Part shown: positions 51,537-61,443 of the stretch, one piece after another
How positions within the stretch are numbered: position 1 is the first letter of the stretch
Layout of the letters: each line of letters starts with the position of its first letter
Source: an uncultured Collinsella sp.
Lineage (GTDB): Bacteria; Actinomycetota; Coriobacteriia; Coriobacteriales; Coriobacteriaceae
NCBI GenBank assembly: GCA_958418185.1
Contig: CATZEP010000001.1
Location: forward strand, 13,103-77,102
Direction: 5' to 3'
Length of the DNA stretch: 64,000 nucleotides
Translations under genes and position numbers: made by a program
The notes under the pieces: generated by a model
Told to the model about the DNA's origin: nothing
Seen by the model: the letters and a program-made list of their open reading frames with translations, nothing else
The model's database searches: none

Positions 51537-52874
51537 TTACCTCGAAACTCTGGCCGACCACTCCCAGCAGCCCACCGGCTCGCCGTCGATGAGTACGTTA
51601 CCCCCGTCGAAGTCTTGATAACACAGGTCGTTGAATTGGTGGATCCACACGCCGTGGTTGAACGTCTTCTTGGGCGAGCCGTCGGCCTCGCGATAGCGCC
51701 CGGTCAGGTCCTCGACATGGCTAAAGTAGGTGAGGTGCACGTTGGCTCCGGCGTCACGCAGGCGCGCCGTGAGCGGCAGCACGGTCTGTTGCGGCGGCAC
51801 GAGCTCGTCGCCCTTGGAGTGCGTAAACCACAGCGGCGTCTTGGCGAGCGCGGCTACGTCCTCGTCCGTGGCGTTGTACCACGGGGCACAGCAGGGAAGG
51901 CCCGCGGCGAAGAAATCGGGGTAGTCGGCGCACAGGCGCAGGGTCATAAAGCCGCCGTTGGAAAGGCCAGCGATCACGATGCGGTCGGTGTCGATACGCT
52001 CGGCATACTCGGCGACAAACTCGTCAATGAGCGCTTTGAGTACGGGGGAGTAGATGCTCTGGTTGGAGCGACCGAGCTGCTCGACGCCGTTGTCCATCCA
52101 AAACGTCGGAGACTGCGGCACGAGCACCCAGGCAAAGCCGCCAAAGTAGCGCTGGATTTGCGCCTGGCTAATGGCTGTCACGCGGTTGCCGGTATAGGCG
52201 CGCGTGGCGCCTTCGCCCTGTGTGGCGCCCTTGCCTTCGCCGGCGCCGTGTAGGTACACCACGAGCGGGGCCTTTTGGGGCACGACCGTGGCCTCGGGCG
52301 CGAAGGGATTGAAGCAGGCCGAGTCCTCTGCCTTAAAGCTGGACTCAAAGAAGCCGTACTCGAGCGCGATGCCATCAATGGCGGTCTTTTGTACGGCATT
52401 GCTCCAGCCCTTGAGTGCGGGGCAGATGTCGCCGCGACAGGTATCGAAGACCAGGCCGCAGGTGGGGTCGTCGCCGTCGTTGCCGGGAAGAGCCGCGAGC
52501 TGCGTGATGTGCAGCTGGTCATCGAGCATGCGCGAGCCCATGACGCCGCCTTCGATCTTTTTGGTCAGGCGCTGCTCGGCGACCTCGAGTGCCACATGGG
52601 TGCTCACGGCGAGCTTGCGGCCGTTCTCGTCACACGGATACGCGGCGAGAACGTCGATGTAACCCACGGAGGGCGCGGCATGGTCGGCGCCGTGCTCCTT
52701 GCGCATCAGGATCTCGCCCGTGCGCTCGTGACGCTCTACATATATATGGAAAGTGTTCGCATCGACATCGTTGGCGCGCACGGTGCAGGGTAGGTCGAGA
52801 ACGACCTTGCTGATCCAGGGGCCAAAGTCACCCAAGGTGGTGACGGTTGCGTAGGTGCACGATTTGAGTTCCAT
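51537..52874 (-). CDS. Alpha/beta-hydrolase esterase with N-terminal Ig-like domain
   Basis: PLVVYLHGAGE, VLVPQ, GLSNGG nucleophile elbow, HSKGDELVP, HGVW. Confidence 0.85.
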   Translation of the reverse strand: MELKSCTYATVTTLGDFGPWISKVVLDLPCTVRANDVDANTFHIYVERHERTGEILMRKEHGADHAAPSVGYIDVLAAYPCDENGRKLAVSTHVALEVAEQRLTKKIEGGVMGSRMLDDQLHITQLAALPGNDGDDPTCGLVFDTCRGDICPALKGWSNAVQKTAIDGIALEYGFFESSFKAEDSACFNPFAPEATVVPQKAPLVVYLHGAGEGKGATQGEGATRAYTGNRVTAISQAQIQRYFGGFAWVLVPQSPTFWMDNGVEQLGRSNQSIYSPVLKALIDEFVAEYAERIDTDRIVIAGLSNGGFMTLRLCADYPDFFAAGLPCCAPWYNATDEDVAALAKTPLWFTHSKGDELVPPQQTVLPLTARLRDAGANVHLTYFSHVEDLTGRYREADGSPKKTFNHGVWIHQFNDLCYQDFDGGNVLIDGEPVGCWEWSARVSR

Positions 52875-52923
52875 GAGCTGCCTCCCTTGTGCCGCGAGAG
52901 TTAAACGTGTGCGGCAATACAAT

Positions 52924-53258
52924 CTAAACATGTTTAGTGTAAAGCAGAATTAGAGAATAAGCAGATGAACTCGGTAAACGGTCGCATCAAACGCTCAATG
53001 AACTGCTAAACACTCGTTTACTACTATCTATCAGGGCTTTTGTTGATGGGTCAACAAGGCATTTGGGTGCCAGATTTTATAAAATCCCACGTAGACGGCT
53101 ATTTATTAATAAACGGTACTATATGCAATGCCTTAGCGTTCAATTACGCTCACCCCCGATTTCCTACCGTTCACCGGACTGCAAACGGCAAAACTGCCAC
53201 AAATTCAACGCTGCGTGTAAACTAAGTGCTGTAAACGTTCAGTAAACAGATTGTTTAC
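52924..53258. promoter_or_regulatory. AT-rich divergent promoter region with TAAAC..GTTTA palindromes
   Basis: CTAAACATGTTTAG (52924-52937), CTAAACACTCGTTTAC (53006), GTAAACGTTCAGTAAACAGATTGTTTAC (53231-53258). Confidence 0.65.
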
Positions 53259-53364
53259 GACAGCGTATCCAAGGGCTCGGCAGCCGTAAGGGGTTATAGT
53301 CGCCGGGTCAAAGGCGTGCCTACGTCCAAACGGGTAGGCACACGATGATATGGGGAGGGGTCCC

Positions 53365-54792
53365 ATGGCAGTAGATAACAAGCAGATTGCCACCGATGTC
53401 CTCGAGCTCGTGGGCGGTGCGGAGAATGTTGCCGTCGCCACCAACTGCATGACGCGCCTGCGTCTGACGCTCAAGGATAACAGCAAGGCCGACGTGGAGA
53501 AGATCAAGAAGGTCAAGGGTGTTCTGGGTTGCCAGTTCGCCGGCAGCCAGCTCCAGGTCATCATCGGCCAGAACGTGCCCAAGGTGCTCGCCGAGTTCGT
53601 CGCCATGTCCGGCGTCAAGCAGGGTGCCGCGGTCGACGAGAACCTCGACGCTCCTAAGGAGAAGTTCGAGCTCAAGAACCTGCCCAACATCATCCTCGAC
53701 TATCTGTCGGGCTCCATGACCCAGCTGATCCCGCTGCTCATGGCCGGCGGTCTGTTCCGCACCATCGCCGCGGTCCTCGGTCCCACTATGCTCGGCGTTC
53801 TCTCCGATACCGATCCGACCTACACGTTCCTCTACACCACCCTGTACGAGGCCACGTTTACCTTTATCCCCATTTACCTGGGCTATGCCGCTGCTAAGAA
53901 GCTCGGCGCCTCTCCGGTTCTGGGCATGCTCCTCGGCGGTGCTCTCATGGCCCCGTCCGTCGTGAGTGTCGCGACTCAGGAGGGTGGCGGAATCATCTCC
54001 GTCTACGGCATCCAGATCGCCGCTGCCAACTACCAGCAGTCCGTCCTGCCGATCATCCTCTCGGTGCCGGTCCTGTACTTTGTCGAGAAGTTCTTTAAGA
54101 AGGTCATGCCCGACGTGCTGTCCACGGTCTTCACGCCGTTCTGCACCATGATCGTCACCATCCCCATCGCCTTCATCGTCCTTGCCCCGATCGGCAACGA
54201 GATCGGCAGCCTCATCGCCAACGCCCTCTTTGGTCTTGCTGACCTTGGCGGTATCGGTATCCTGATCGTCATGGCCATCCTCGGCGCCTTCTGGCAGCTC
54301 TTCGTGGTCTGCGGCATGCACATGCCCGTCATCCTGCTCGCTCAGGTTCAGATCATCGCTGCCGGCTACGATCCCTTCGTCTTCGTTTCCACCAACTGCG
54401 CTATGGCCGCTGTCTGGGGCTGCGCCTTCGGTGCCTTCCTCAAGATGAGGAACCCCGACGAGAAGGGTCTTGCTCTGGGTTACGTCATCTCCGCCATCGC
54501 CGGCGGCGTCACCGAGCCCGCACTCTTCGGTATCCTCATGCGCTTCCGTCGCACCATGCTCGGTATGTTTATCGGCGGTGCTATCGGCGCTGTGTTCTCC
54601 GGCCTCATGGGTGTTACCTACTACCTGGCCGGCGGTGCCTCCAACTTCCTGGTCTTCACCAACTACCTGCAGGGTGGCCAGATGAACACCGTCTGGGCTA
54701 TCGTCGGTATGGCAATCTCCTTTGTCATCGCCGCTGCCGTCGTCTTTGCCACTGGCTTCTCCAAGGAGGAGCTCGCCGAGATGGAGGCCTAA
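53365..54792 (+). CDS. Beta-glucoside-type PTS EIIBC (no EIIA), second system
   Basis: VGGAENV, NCMTRLRL, QVIIG, CGMH, GGVTEPALFG. Confidence 0.9.
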   Translation: MAVDNKQIATDVLELVGGAENVAVATNCMTRLRLTLKDNSKADVEKIKKVKGVLGCQFAGSQLQVIIGQNVPKVLAEFVAMSGVKQGAAVDENLDAPKEKFELKNLPNIILDYLSGSMTQLIPLLMAGGLFRTIAAVLGPTMLGVLSDTDPTYTFLYTTLYEATFTFIPIYLGYAAAKKLGASPVLGMLLGGALMAPSVVSVATQEGGGIISVYGIQIAAANYQQSVLPIILSVPVLYFVEKFFKKVMPDVLSTVFTPFCTMIVTIPIAFIVLAPIGNEIGSLIANALFGLADLGGIGILIVMAILGAFWQLFVVCGMHMPVILLAQVQIIAAGYDPFVFVSTNCAMAAVWGCAFGAFLKMRNPDEKGLALGYVISAIAGGVTEPALFGILMRFRRTMLGMFIGGAIGAVFSGLMGVTYYLAGGASNFLVFTNYLQGGQMNTVWAIVGMAISFVIAAAVVFATGFSKEELAEMEA

Positions 54793-54832
54793 GGCCAAAC
54801 CATTCGGGCGCATACGACCTTACCTACACGAC

Positions 54833-54870
54833 AGGGCCCCGTCAGGCGCAAGCCCGGCGGGGCCCTTCTT
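54833..54870 (+). terminator. Hairpin after the PTS gene (weak terminator or mRNA stabiliser)
   Basis: AGGGCCCCGTC...GGCGGGGCCCTTCTT. Confidence 0.55.
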
Positions 54871-55002
54871 ACAAGGTAGACTGATTGGGGGCGCGCGGCG
54901 CCTACTCGCCGGGGCTTGCTAAGCGCCAGGGGCTTTCGCGCGGGGTTACCGCGAAAGAATCTGCCGGTTCGCAACTCCTTTATCAAACGAAAGGGCATGC
55001 AG

Positions 55003-56316
55003 ATGAGTTTGGGAAAGCTGACCGTTAACGGTCGTCAGGACGGCTTTTTGTGCGAGGGCAAACCGTTCTTTTGGTTTGCCGATACGTGCTGGAGCGCGTT
55101 TACGAGCATTACCGAGGCCGATTGGGACTACTATCTGACCCGTCGCGCCGAGCAGGGCATGAACGTGCTGCAGATCAACACTCTGCCGCAGTGGGACCGC
55201 TGCTGTCCCGATCTGGGCATTTGGCCCTATGCCAGCGAGGACGGCGTGCATTTTGATTGGTCCCGTCCCAACCAGGCGTACTGGGACCGTGCTGCTGCCA
55301 TGTGCCGCGCTGCCGTCGAGCACGGCATTCGTCCGGCACTCGTGCTTATGTGGTGCAACTACGTGCCCGGTACCTGGGGCGCCAAGATTGCTGAGCGTTG
55401 CGGTGCCGAGGTTATGCCGCGCGAGGAGGTCCGTGCCCACGTTGCCCGCGTCGTCGAGAACCTGGGCGAGTTCGACCCCGTCTATGTGGTGACGGGCGAT
55501 ACCGACTTTACCAGCGACGAGGCGATCGCCTATTACGAGGATGCCCTCGACGAAGTTGTCAAGCGCGCGCCCGAAGCGTTGCGCACCATGCATATCAACC
55601 GCGGCAACCGCACCATTCCGTTGCAGTACCTGGACCGCCTGGACTTCTACATGTTCCAGCCCGGCCACAACTACGAGGGCCAGCCCGAGGCCTGGCGCCT
55701 GCCGCAGGACTTTATCGCCAACTATCCCAAAAAGCCGATGGTCAACTCCGAGCCCTGTTACGAGCAGATGGGCGCCTCGCGCAACGTGTACTGGCGGTTC
55801 ACCGCGCAGGACTGCCGCGCGAGCGTGTGGTCGTCGATCCTCGCCGGCGCCAGTGCAGGTGTGACCTATGGCGCGCACGGCGTTTGGAACTGGCAGACCA
55901 GCAAGAGCCAGGGCTCGGTGCTGGGCGAGGGCTTCGATATGCCGTTCCGCTGGCAGGAGTGCCTGCAGTTTGCGGGCGTTTGGGACTTTGGCGCGCTCGA
56001 GCATGTGCTTGCCGGCCTGGGCGCTACGGCTGGCGATGACGCACTTGCCGTGGTTCCGGCGCAGGAGCTGCTCGATGACGCGCGCGAGGCCATTCGTGTG
56101 GCGCGCGTTGGCGATCGCGTCGTCACGTACCTGCCGCGTACCACGGCGCTCAAGTTTAAGCTCGACGGTGCGCGCGACTGGACGGCGACGGTCCTCGACA
56201 TGGAGGACAAGCGCATCGCCAAGCTGCCCGTCCGCGACAACGGTGACGGCACCGTGCGCGTGGCCCAGCATCCCTTTGAGCACGACGCGCTGCTCGTGGT
56301 CTCGCCGGCGCGTTAA
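55003..56316 (+). CDS. DUF4038 (GH140 apiosidase-like) glycoside hydrolase, cytoplasmic
   Basis: GKPFFWFADTCW, YL..RAEQGMNVLQ, DFYMFQPGH, KPMVNSEPCYE, AGVTYGAHGVW; no signal peptide. Confidence 0.8.
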   Translation: MSLGKLTVNGRQDGFLCEGKPFFWFADTCWSAFTSITEADWDYYLTRRAEQGMNVLQINTLPQWDRCCPDLGIWPYASEDGVHFDWSRPNQAYWDRAAAMCRAAVEHGIRPALVLMWCNYVPGTWGAKIAERCGAEVMPREEVRAHVARVVENLGEFDPVYVVTGDTDFTSDEAIAYYEDALDEVVKRAPEALRTMHINRGNRTIPLQYLDRLDFYMFQPGHNYEGQPEAWRLPQDFIANYPKKPMVNSEPCYEQMGASRNVYWRFTAQDCRASVWSSILAGASAGVTYGAHGVWNWQTSKSQGSVLGEGFDMPFRWQECLQFAGVWDFGALEHVLAGLGATAGDDALAVVPAQELLDDAREAIRVARVGDRVVTYLPRTTALKFKLDGARDWTATVLDMEDKRIAKLPVRDNGDGTVRVAQHPFEHDALLVVSPAR

Positions 56317-56338
56317 GGAAAACGGAATAACGCAAGAG

Positions 56339-56369
56339 AAAAGGCCCGGGTGGTAGCCCGGGCCTTTTT
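56339..56369. terminator. Bidirectional intrinsic terminator
   Basis: AAAAGGCCCGGG-tggtag-CCCGGGCCTTTTT. Confidence 0.88.
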
Positions 56370-56419
56370 GTATCGACACAGCCGTTGCGGTTGGTAATGG
56401 CGATTGCATACCGCCGCTC

Positions 56420-57061
56420 TTAACGGTAGCCCTCCCAGAGGGGAAGGGGAAAGAGGATGTCCTCGAACTTAGACCACTCGGCGGGATAGTCGATCTCGTC
56501 GGGTCGCGCCACCCAACGGCCTTCCAATCCGTACATCGCCGCCAGCGCGCACGAGATGGCTTCGGTGGCGTCGATTCCCTCGGGAACGCTCCAGTTAACA
56601 TCGGGCTCGGGCTCGATAACTCCGCGCGAGCGGTCGTTGAAATACTCGTGCAGGGGGCTCTCCGTGCTCATGGCCTCGGTATTGAGCATCTGGAAGAGCA
56701 TGACGAGCTCGGGCTGACTGTTGTTCTCCGCCACGAGCAGACGGCAGTATTCGGGAATCTTGGGGCTCTGGCCCTCAAATGCCCCGCCAGGATGAAAGAG
56801 GGAGAGATAGTCGTCTAAGGTTGAGCTGCGATCGTAATAGCGACGGATCACCTCGACCAAAAGCCCGTGCTTGCTGCCCACGTAGTGCAGCACGCCCGCC
56901 TGGGTGATGCCCACCTCGTCGGCTACCGCCTGGAGCGACATGCCGTTAAAGCCGCGCGCGTTGATAAGCCGCACGGCCGCCGAAACAATCTGGTCAAGGC
57001 GTTCCTGCGCCGCAGCGCTGCGTTTCTTTGCCGCGGGTGTGGGAGTTTTCTGAGTGTCCAT
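56420..57061 (-). CDS. TetR/AcrR family regulator
   Basis: IVSAAVRL..RGFNGMSLQAVADEVGITQAGVLHYVGSK. Confidence 0.92.
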   Translation of the reverse strand: MDTQKTPTPAAKKRSAAAQERLDQIVSAAVRLINARGFNGMSLQAVADEVGITQAGVLHYVGSKHGLLVEVIRRYYDRSSTLDDYLSLFHPGGAFEGQSPKIPEYCRLLVAENNSQPELVMLFQMLNTEAMSTESPLHEYFNDRSRGVIEPEPDVNWSVPEGIDATEAISCALAAMYGLEGRWVARPDEIDYPAEWSKFEDILFPLPLWEGYR

Positions 57062-57181
57062 ATAAATCGCGCTGCCTTATTTAGGGCGGCTCGAGTATTG
57101 CCGCCAAATGCCTTTTGTATACCCCCATAGCTTACCTCAGCCGTTCAGCGGTTCAAAACAACCGTTTACCGCTCTTATAGG

Positions 57182-57244
57182 TTACTAAGTACTTAGTAAG
57201 CGTACTATACAGGTCGTGGAGTTACTTACTAGTTAGTAAGTAAC
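57182..57244. promoter_or_regulatory. Two palindromic operators between tetR and MFS
   Basis: TTACTAAGT-ACTTAGTAA (57182-57199) and GTTACTTACTA-GT-TAGTAAGTAAC (57221-57244), flanking a TACTAT -10. Confidence 0.8.
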
Positions 57245-57368
57245 AACTCAACAGACGCTCGCGAGCAGCCGTACCCCATTCCACGGCCGCCGCATCCAGC
57301 GGGTTTGACCCCTTGACCCTTGGTGCACGAGCGCCCTCGCGCATTCCATCACAGAGAGGATCTATTCC

Positions 57369-58661
57369 ATGGCAAATCAAACCGCCGCGGCGATTGACGA
57401 GAACGCCATCGCCCCCGATACCGGAAAGCCCATGACCAAAACCGAGACATGGCGCTTTATGATCGGCTTTATCATCTTCGGAATCATGTGGATGATGTCG
57501 GGAACAATCGGCTCCAACGTCTTGTTCCCCGAGCGTTTTAACGGCCTTAATATTGGCCAGCCCGAGGCAATTCTCGCGGCGATGAACTCGGTCGGTTCGA
57601 TCTTCGCCCTGTTCTCAAATCTCGTTTTCGGCGCGCTTTCCGACCACTGCCACAGCCGCTTTGGCAAGCGCACGCCGTTTATCGTTCTCGGCGGTTTTAT
57701 CTGCGGCTGTGCTTTCTGGAGCACTTCGGTCGCGACCACACTTCCCATGATCGTCGCCTCCTGGTGCGTGCTGCAGATTGGCCTCAACTGCATGCTTGCC
57801 CCTGCTGTTGCCGTGCTTTCCGACCGCATCCCGCTTAACAAGCGCGGCACGCTCTCCGCATTCTATGGCGGCGGCGCAACGGCCGGCCAGTCGATTGGCA
57901 CCATCATCGGTACGCAGTTCCTCTCCAACCCAGTTCCTGGCTTTATCATCGGCACGGTCTCTTGGTTGCTGACCGGCATCCTCGCCGTCATCATTTGGCC
58001 GCGCGAGAAGTCTGCCGCTCTTGACGAGGGCGAGCAGTCTGAGAAGCTCAATCTCAAGTCGCTGCTGCTCATGTTCGTTCCGCCCACCAAGAACTGCCGC
58101 GACTTTTATCTGGCGCTCTTTGGCCGTCTGCTCCTCATCTTCGGTTACTTCTGCATCAACGGCTATCAGCTCTATATCCTCGAGAAGTACATCGGTCTTC
58201 CCGTGGCAGAAGCCGGCGCAGTTCTTTCGAGTATGTCCGTCGTGATCATGGTCGTGTCGCTTGTCGCCTCGCTTACCTCGGGCGCCATCTCCGACAAGAT
58301 CGGCCGCCGCAAGCCTATCATCCTCGTCGCAACGATTATGATGTGTATCGGTATCGCCCTGCCCTGGCTACTTAAGTCCGTTATCGGCATGTACGGATTT
58401 GCTCTGCTCGCCGGACTCGGCTACGGTATCTACTCTTCCGTGGACCAGGCGCTCAATGTCGATGTTCTGCCCGATAAGGAGAACGCCGGCAAGGACCTGG
58501 GCATCCTCAATATCGCCAACACCATCGGTCAGATCCTTGGTCCCATCGTGACCTCGGCAATCGTTGTCGCCACTGGCTCCTATTTCATGGCGTTCCCAAT
58601 CTCCATCGTGCTCATCGCCGTGGGCTATGTGTCCATCATGCTCATCAAGAGCGCCAAGTAA
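57369..58661 (+). CDS. MFS sugar/glycoside transporter
   Basis: GALSDHCHSRFGKRTPFI, GAISDKIGRRKP, GKDLGILNIA; about 12 TMs. Confidence 0.92.
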   Translation: MANQTAAAIDENAIAPDTGKPMTKTETWRFMIGFIIFGIMWMMSGTIGSNVLFPERFNGLNIGQPEAILAAMNSVGSIFALFSNLVFGALSDHCHSRFGKRTPFIVLGGFICGCAFWSTSVATTLPMIVASWCVLQIGLNCMLAPAVAVLSDRIPLNKRGTLSAFYGGGATAGQSIGTIIGTQFLSNPVPGFIIGTVSWLLTGILAVIIWPREKSAALDEGEQSEKLNLKSLLLMFVPPTKNCRDFYLALFGRLLLIFGYFCINGYQLYILEKYIGLPVAEAGAVLSSMSVVIMVVSLVASLTSGAISDKIGRRKPIILVATIMMCIGIALPWLLKSVIGMYGFALLAGLGYGIYSSVDQALNVDVLPDKENAGKDLGILNIANTIGQILGPIVTSAIVVATGSYFMAFPISIVLIAVGYVSIMLIKSAK

Positions 58662-58748
58662 TTTGCCACTCTCTTTCATTCCGTCGGGCTGCGTTCGTGT
58701 TGCCCGACGGACTCCGACTATTCAATCGCTTAACTTGGAGGCGTTATC

Positions 58749-60281
58749 ATGACTATCGTCGAGCAGTACAAGGTGTTTAAGCTCGAGCTCGCGGGCACTG
58801 CGGCCGGCAATCCCTATGTCGAAGTCGAGCTGTCGGCGCGATTTGACCGCGCGGATGGCCAGGACAGCTTTGAGGTCCATGGCTTCTACAAGGGCAATGG
58901 CTGCTACGGAATCAACTTTATGCCCGAGAGTGCCGGTGTCTGGAACTACACGGTGAGCTCCAATGACCCCGAGCTCGATGGTGCCGCCGGCTCTTTTGAG
59001 GCCGTGCCCGCCACGGGCGCCAATCATGGTCGCGTGCTGCTGGCAAAGGATGTGCTCGCCCACGGAGCTCCGTTCATTACTGACGAGGATTTCAACTTTG
59101 CCTACGAGGATGGAACGCGCTACCTGCCCTTTGGCACCACATGCTATGCCTGGACCAACCAGGATGTTCAGCTGCAGGAGCAGACGCTCGAGACGCTCGC
59201 AGAGGCACCTTTTAACAAGATCCGCATGTGCGTCTTCCCCAAGTTCTACGACTATAACGTTGAGGACCCAGCGATGTATGCCTATGAAGGCGAGAAGGGC
59301 GATTTCGACCATTTTCGCTTCTATGAGCCGTTTTGGGAAAACCTCGAGCACCGCATCGAGCAGCTTGACGAGCTGGGCATCCAGGCGGATCTCATCGTTT
59401 TGCATCCGTATGACAAGCCTGAGGACTGGGGCTTCTCTCGTATGACGCGCGAGGAGGATATTTTCTACCTGACGTATGTCGCTCGTCGCTTCTCGGCATA
59501 CAAGAACATTTGGTGGAGCCTTGCCAATGAGTGGGACCTTATGCCGTGGAAGCCGGCCGAGGACTGGGACCGCTATGCCCGTATCATCATGGCGAACGAC
59601 CCGTATGGTCATCTGCGCAGTATCCACAATTGCCGTGAGATCTTTGACCACAGTCATCCGTGGATTACGCACGTGAGCTACCAGAGGTGCGACCTCAAGA
59701 ACACAGCCGAGGACGTCACCATGCTGCGCGCGCAGTATAGCAAGCCGGTTTTGATCGACGAGGTCGGCTATGAGGGCAACATCAACTGGGGCTGGGGTAA
59801 CCTGACCGCTCAGGAACTCGTACGTCGTTTTTGGGAGGGCAGTTTGCGTGGCGGTTATGTGACCCACGGTGAGACCTACGTCGACCGCGGACCCAAGCTG
59901 TGGTGGGCGCACGGCGGCAAGCTCTACGGCGATTCGCCCGATCGCATTGGCTTTTGCCGTCGCTACATGGAGGCGCTGCCGGCCGATTTTGACTGGGTGC
60001 CCGATGAGGTCGGCATCCTTGACGGTACGTTTACCTGGGATGTCACCTGTATGTCCAACGATCATGGCCACGGGACTGCCGATGTCCTTATGTACTTTGG
60101 GTTCAACCGTCCGGCGTATCGTGAGTTTGAGGGCGAGGCGGGCGCTCGTTACAAGGTGAATGTCGTGGACACATGGGACATGACGGAGGAAGAGCTTCCC
60201 GGAACCTTTGAGGGCAAGTTCCGCATCGACCTCCCTAGTAAGCAGTATATGTTGCTTCGTCTGGCTAAAGTAGAGGCGTAA
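58749..60281 (+). CDS. DUF5060-DUF4038-DUF5605 glycoside-hydrolase-like protein
   Basis: N-terminal Ig (GFY.G.G.Y..FMP..G.W.Y), GTTCYAW, PFNKIRMCVFPK, WWSLANEWD, KPVLIDEVGYEG, THGETY, DTWDMT. Confidence 0.8.
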   Translation: MTIVEQYKVFKLELAGTAAGNPYVEVELSARFDRADGQDSFEVHGFYKGNGCYGINFMPESAGVWNYTVSSNDPELDGAAGSFEAVPATGANHGRVLLAKDVLAHGAPFITDEDFNFAYEDGTRYLPFGTTCYAWTNQDVQLQEQTLETLAEAPFNKIRMCVFPKFYDYNVEDPAMYAYEGEKGDFDHFRFYEPFWENLEHRIEQLDELGIQADLIVLHPYDKPEDWGFSRMTREEDIFYLTYVARRFSAYKNIWWSLANEWDLMPWKPAEDWDRYARIIMANDPYGHLRSIHNCREIFDHSHPWITHVSYQRCDLKNTAEDVTMLRAQYSKPVLIDEVGYEGNINWGWGNLTAQELVRRFWEGSLRGGYVTHGETYVDRGPKLWWAHGGKLYGDSPDRIGFCRRYMEALPADFDWVPDEVGILDGTFTWDVTCMSNDHGHGTADVLMYFGFNRPAYREFEGEAGARYKVNVVDTWDMTEEELPGTFEGKFRIDLPSKQYMLLRLAKVEA

Positions 60282-60392
60282 TAATAGAGATAATCGGCTC
60301 CGGGCGCGATTTGCTGCACGACCATCATAAGGGCAGCCCCTGTGGTGGTCGCGGCGATGCGCGTTCGGGGCTATGGCACGTGAGGGGCGAAT

Positions 60393-61304
60393 ATGCAGGA
60401 GTTCTTTGGAATCGATGTGGGCGGCACGGCCGTTAAATGGGCTGTGCTGGGCGAGGATTTTTCCATCCGCGAGCGCGGGAGCCTGCCGACGGGCTTTACC
60501 ACGGCTGAGGAGACCGTTTCGGCGTTGATCGGGCTCGTCGAGCCGTACCGCGAGCGCGTGAACGCCGTAGGCGTGAGCGCACCCGGCGGTATTTACGAGG
60601 GAGATGTCACGGGAACGATCCATCGCGGCGGTGCGCTCACGTTTATGGACGGCTGCCCACTGGGAAAGCTCATGCGCGAGGCGCTGGGGGTGCCGGTTGC
60701 CGTCAATAACGACGGTAAGTGCTGTGCACTCGGTGAGTATGCGGCTGGCGCCCTGCGCGGGACGCGTTTTGGCGTGGTACTCGCTATTGGCACGGGCATC
60801 GGCGGCGGTATCGTCATCGACGGCAAGGTCCTGCGCGGCGCGCACTGCTTTGCAGGCGAGTTCAGCTTCTTGCGCAACGATGTCACGACTGCCGCGAGCA
60901 TGGAAAACTTCTTTGCGGGTTCGGGCGGTTGGCGTGCGCTCCGCGATGCCGCCGTTGCCGAGAAGGGCCTGCCTGCGGATTCTCCGGTGGACGGCCGTCG
61001 CGTCTTTGAGTGGATCGCGGATGGCGACATGGCGGCGCAGCGCGCGCTCGACCGCTACGCTCGCTCATTTGACGGACAGCTCATCAACCTGCAGGCCGTG
61101 CTCGACCCCGAGGTCTTTGTGGTCGCAGGCGGCATCTCGTGCCATCCCGAGCTCATCGATGCCCTGCGTGCGCAGATGCCGCTGGCCCTCGCGGGTTACG
61201 AAGGAACCCTTGCCGGCATCCCTGTGCCGCAGATAAAGGCGGCCGAGCTCGGCAACGACGCCAACCTTTACGGTGCTGTCCAGGAGGCCATGCGCCTGGT
61301 GTAG
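60393..61304 (+). CDS. ROK family sugar kinase (beta-glucoside kinase-like)
   Basis: GIDVGGTAVK, GVSAPG, NNDGKCCALGE, IGTGIGGG, AGEF, LGNDANLYGA; no HTH. Confidence 0.9.
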   Translation: MQEFFGIDVGGTAVKWAVLGEDFSIRERGSLPTGFTTAEETVSALIGLVEPYRERVNAVGVSAPGGIYEGDVTGTIHRGGALTFMDGCPLGKLMREALGVPVAVNNDGKCCALGEYAAGALRGTRFGVVLAIGTGIGGGIVIDGKVLRGAHCFAGEFSFLRNDVTTAASMENFFAGSGGWRALRDAAVAEKGLPADSPVDGRRVFEWIADGDMAAQRALDRYARSFDGQLINLQAVLDPEVFVVAGGISCHPELIDALRAQMPLALAGYEGTLAGIPVPQIKAAELGNDANLYGAVQEAMRLV

Positions 61305-61443
61305 CGCGAGCCAAACGAGGCTGTCGAAAAAGATAAAGGCCGGAGTGAACCGCCCTCATTTCCTTAGCACGGGAAATGGGGGCGGTTTAATTTGAGGCGG
61401 GACTTTTTGACCGCCTGATGGGTCGCGCGCCACAATTCGGGCG

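Noticed and set aside
53040..53075. GATGGGTCAACA resembling a fragment of the M-box consensus
   Set aside because: Short chance match, no supporting structure, and upstream of sugar genes
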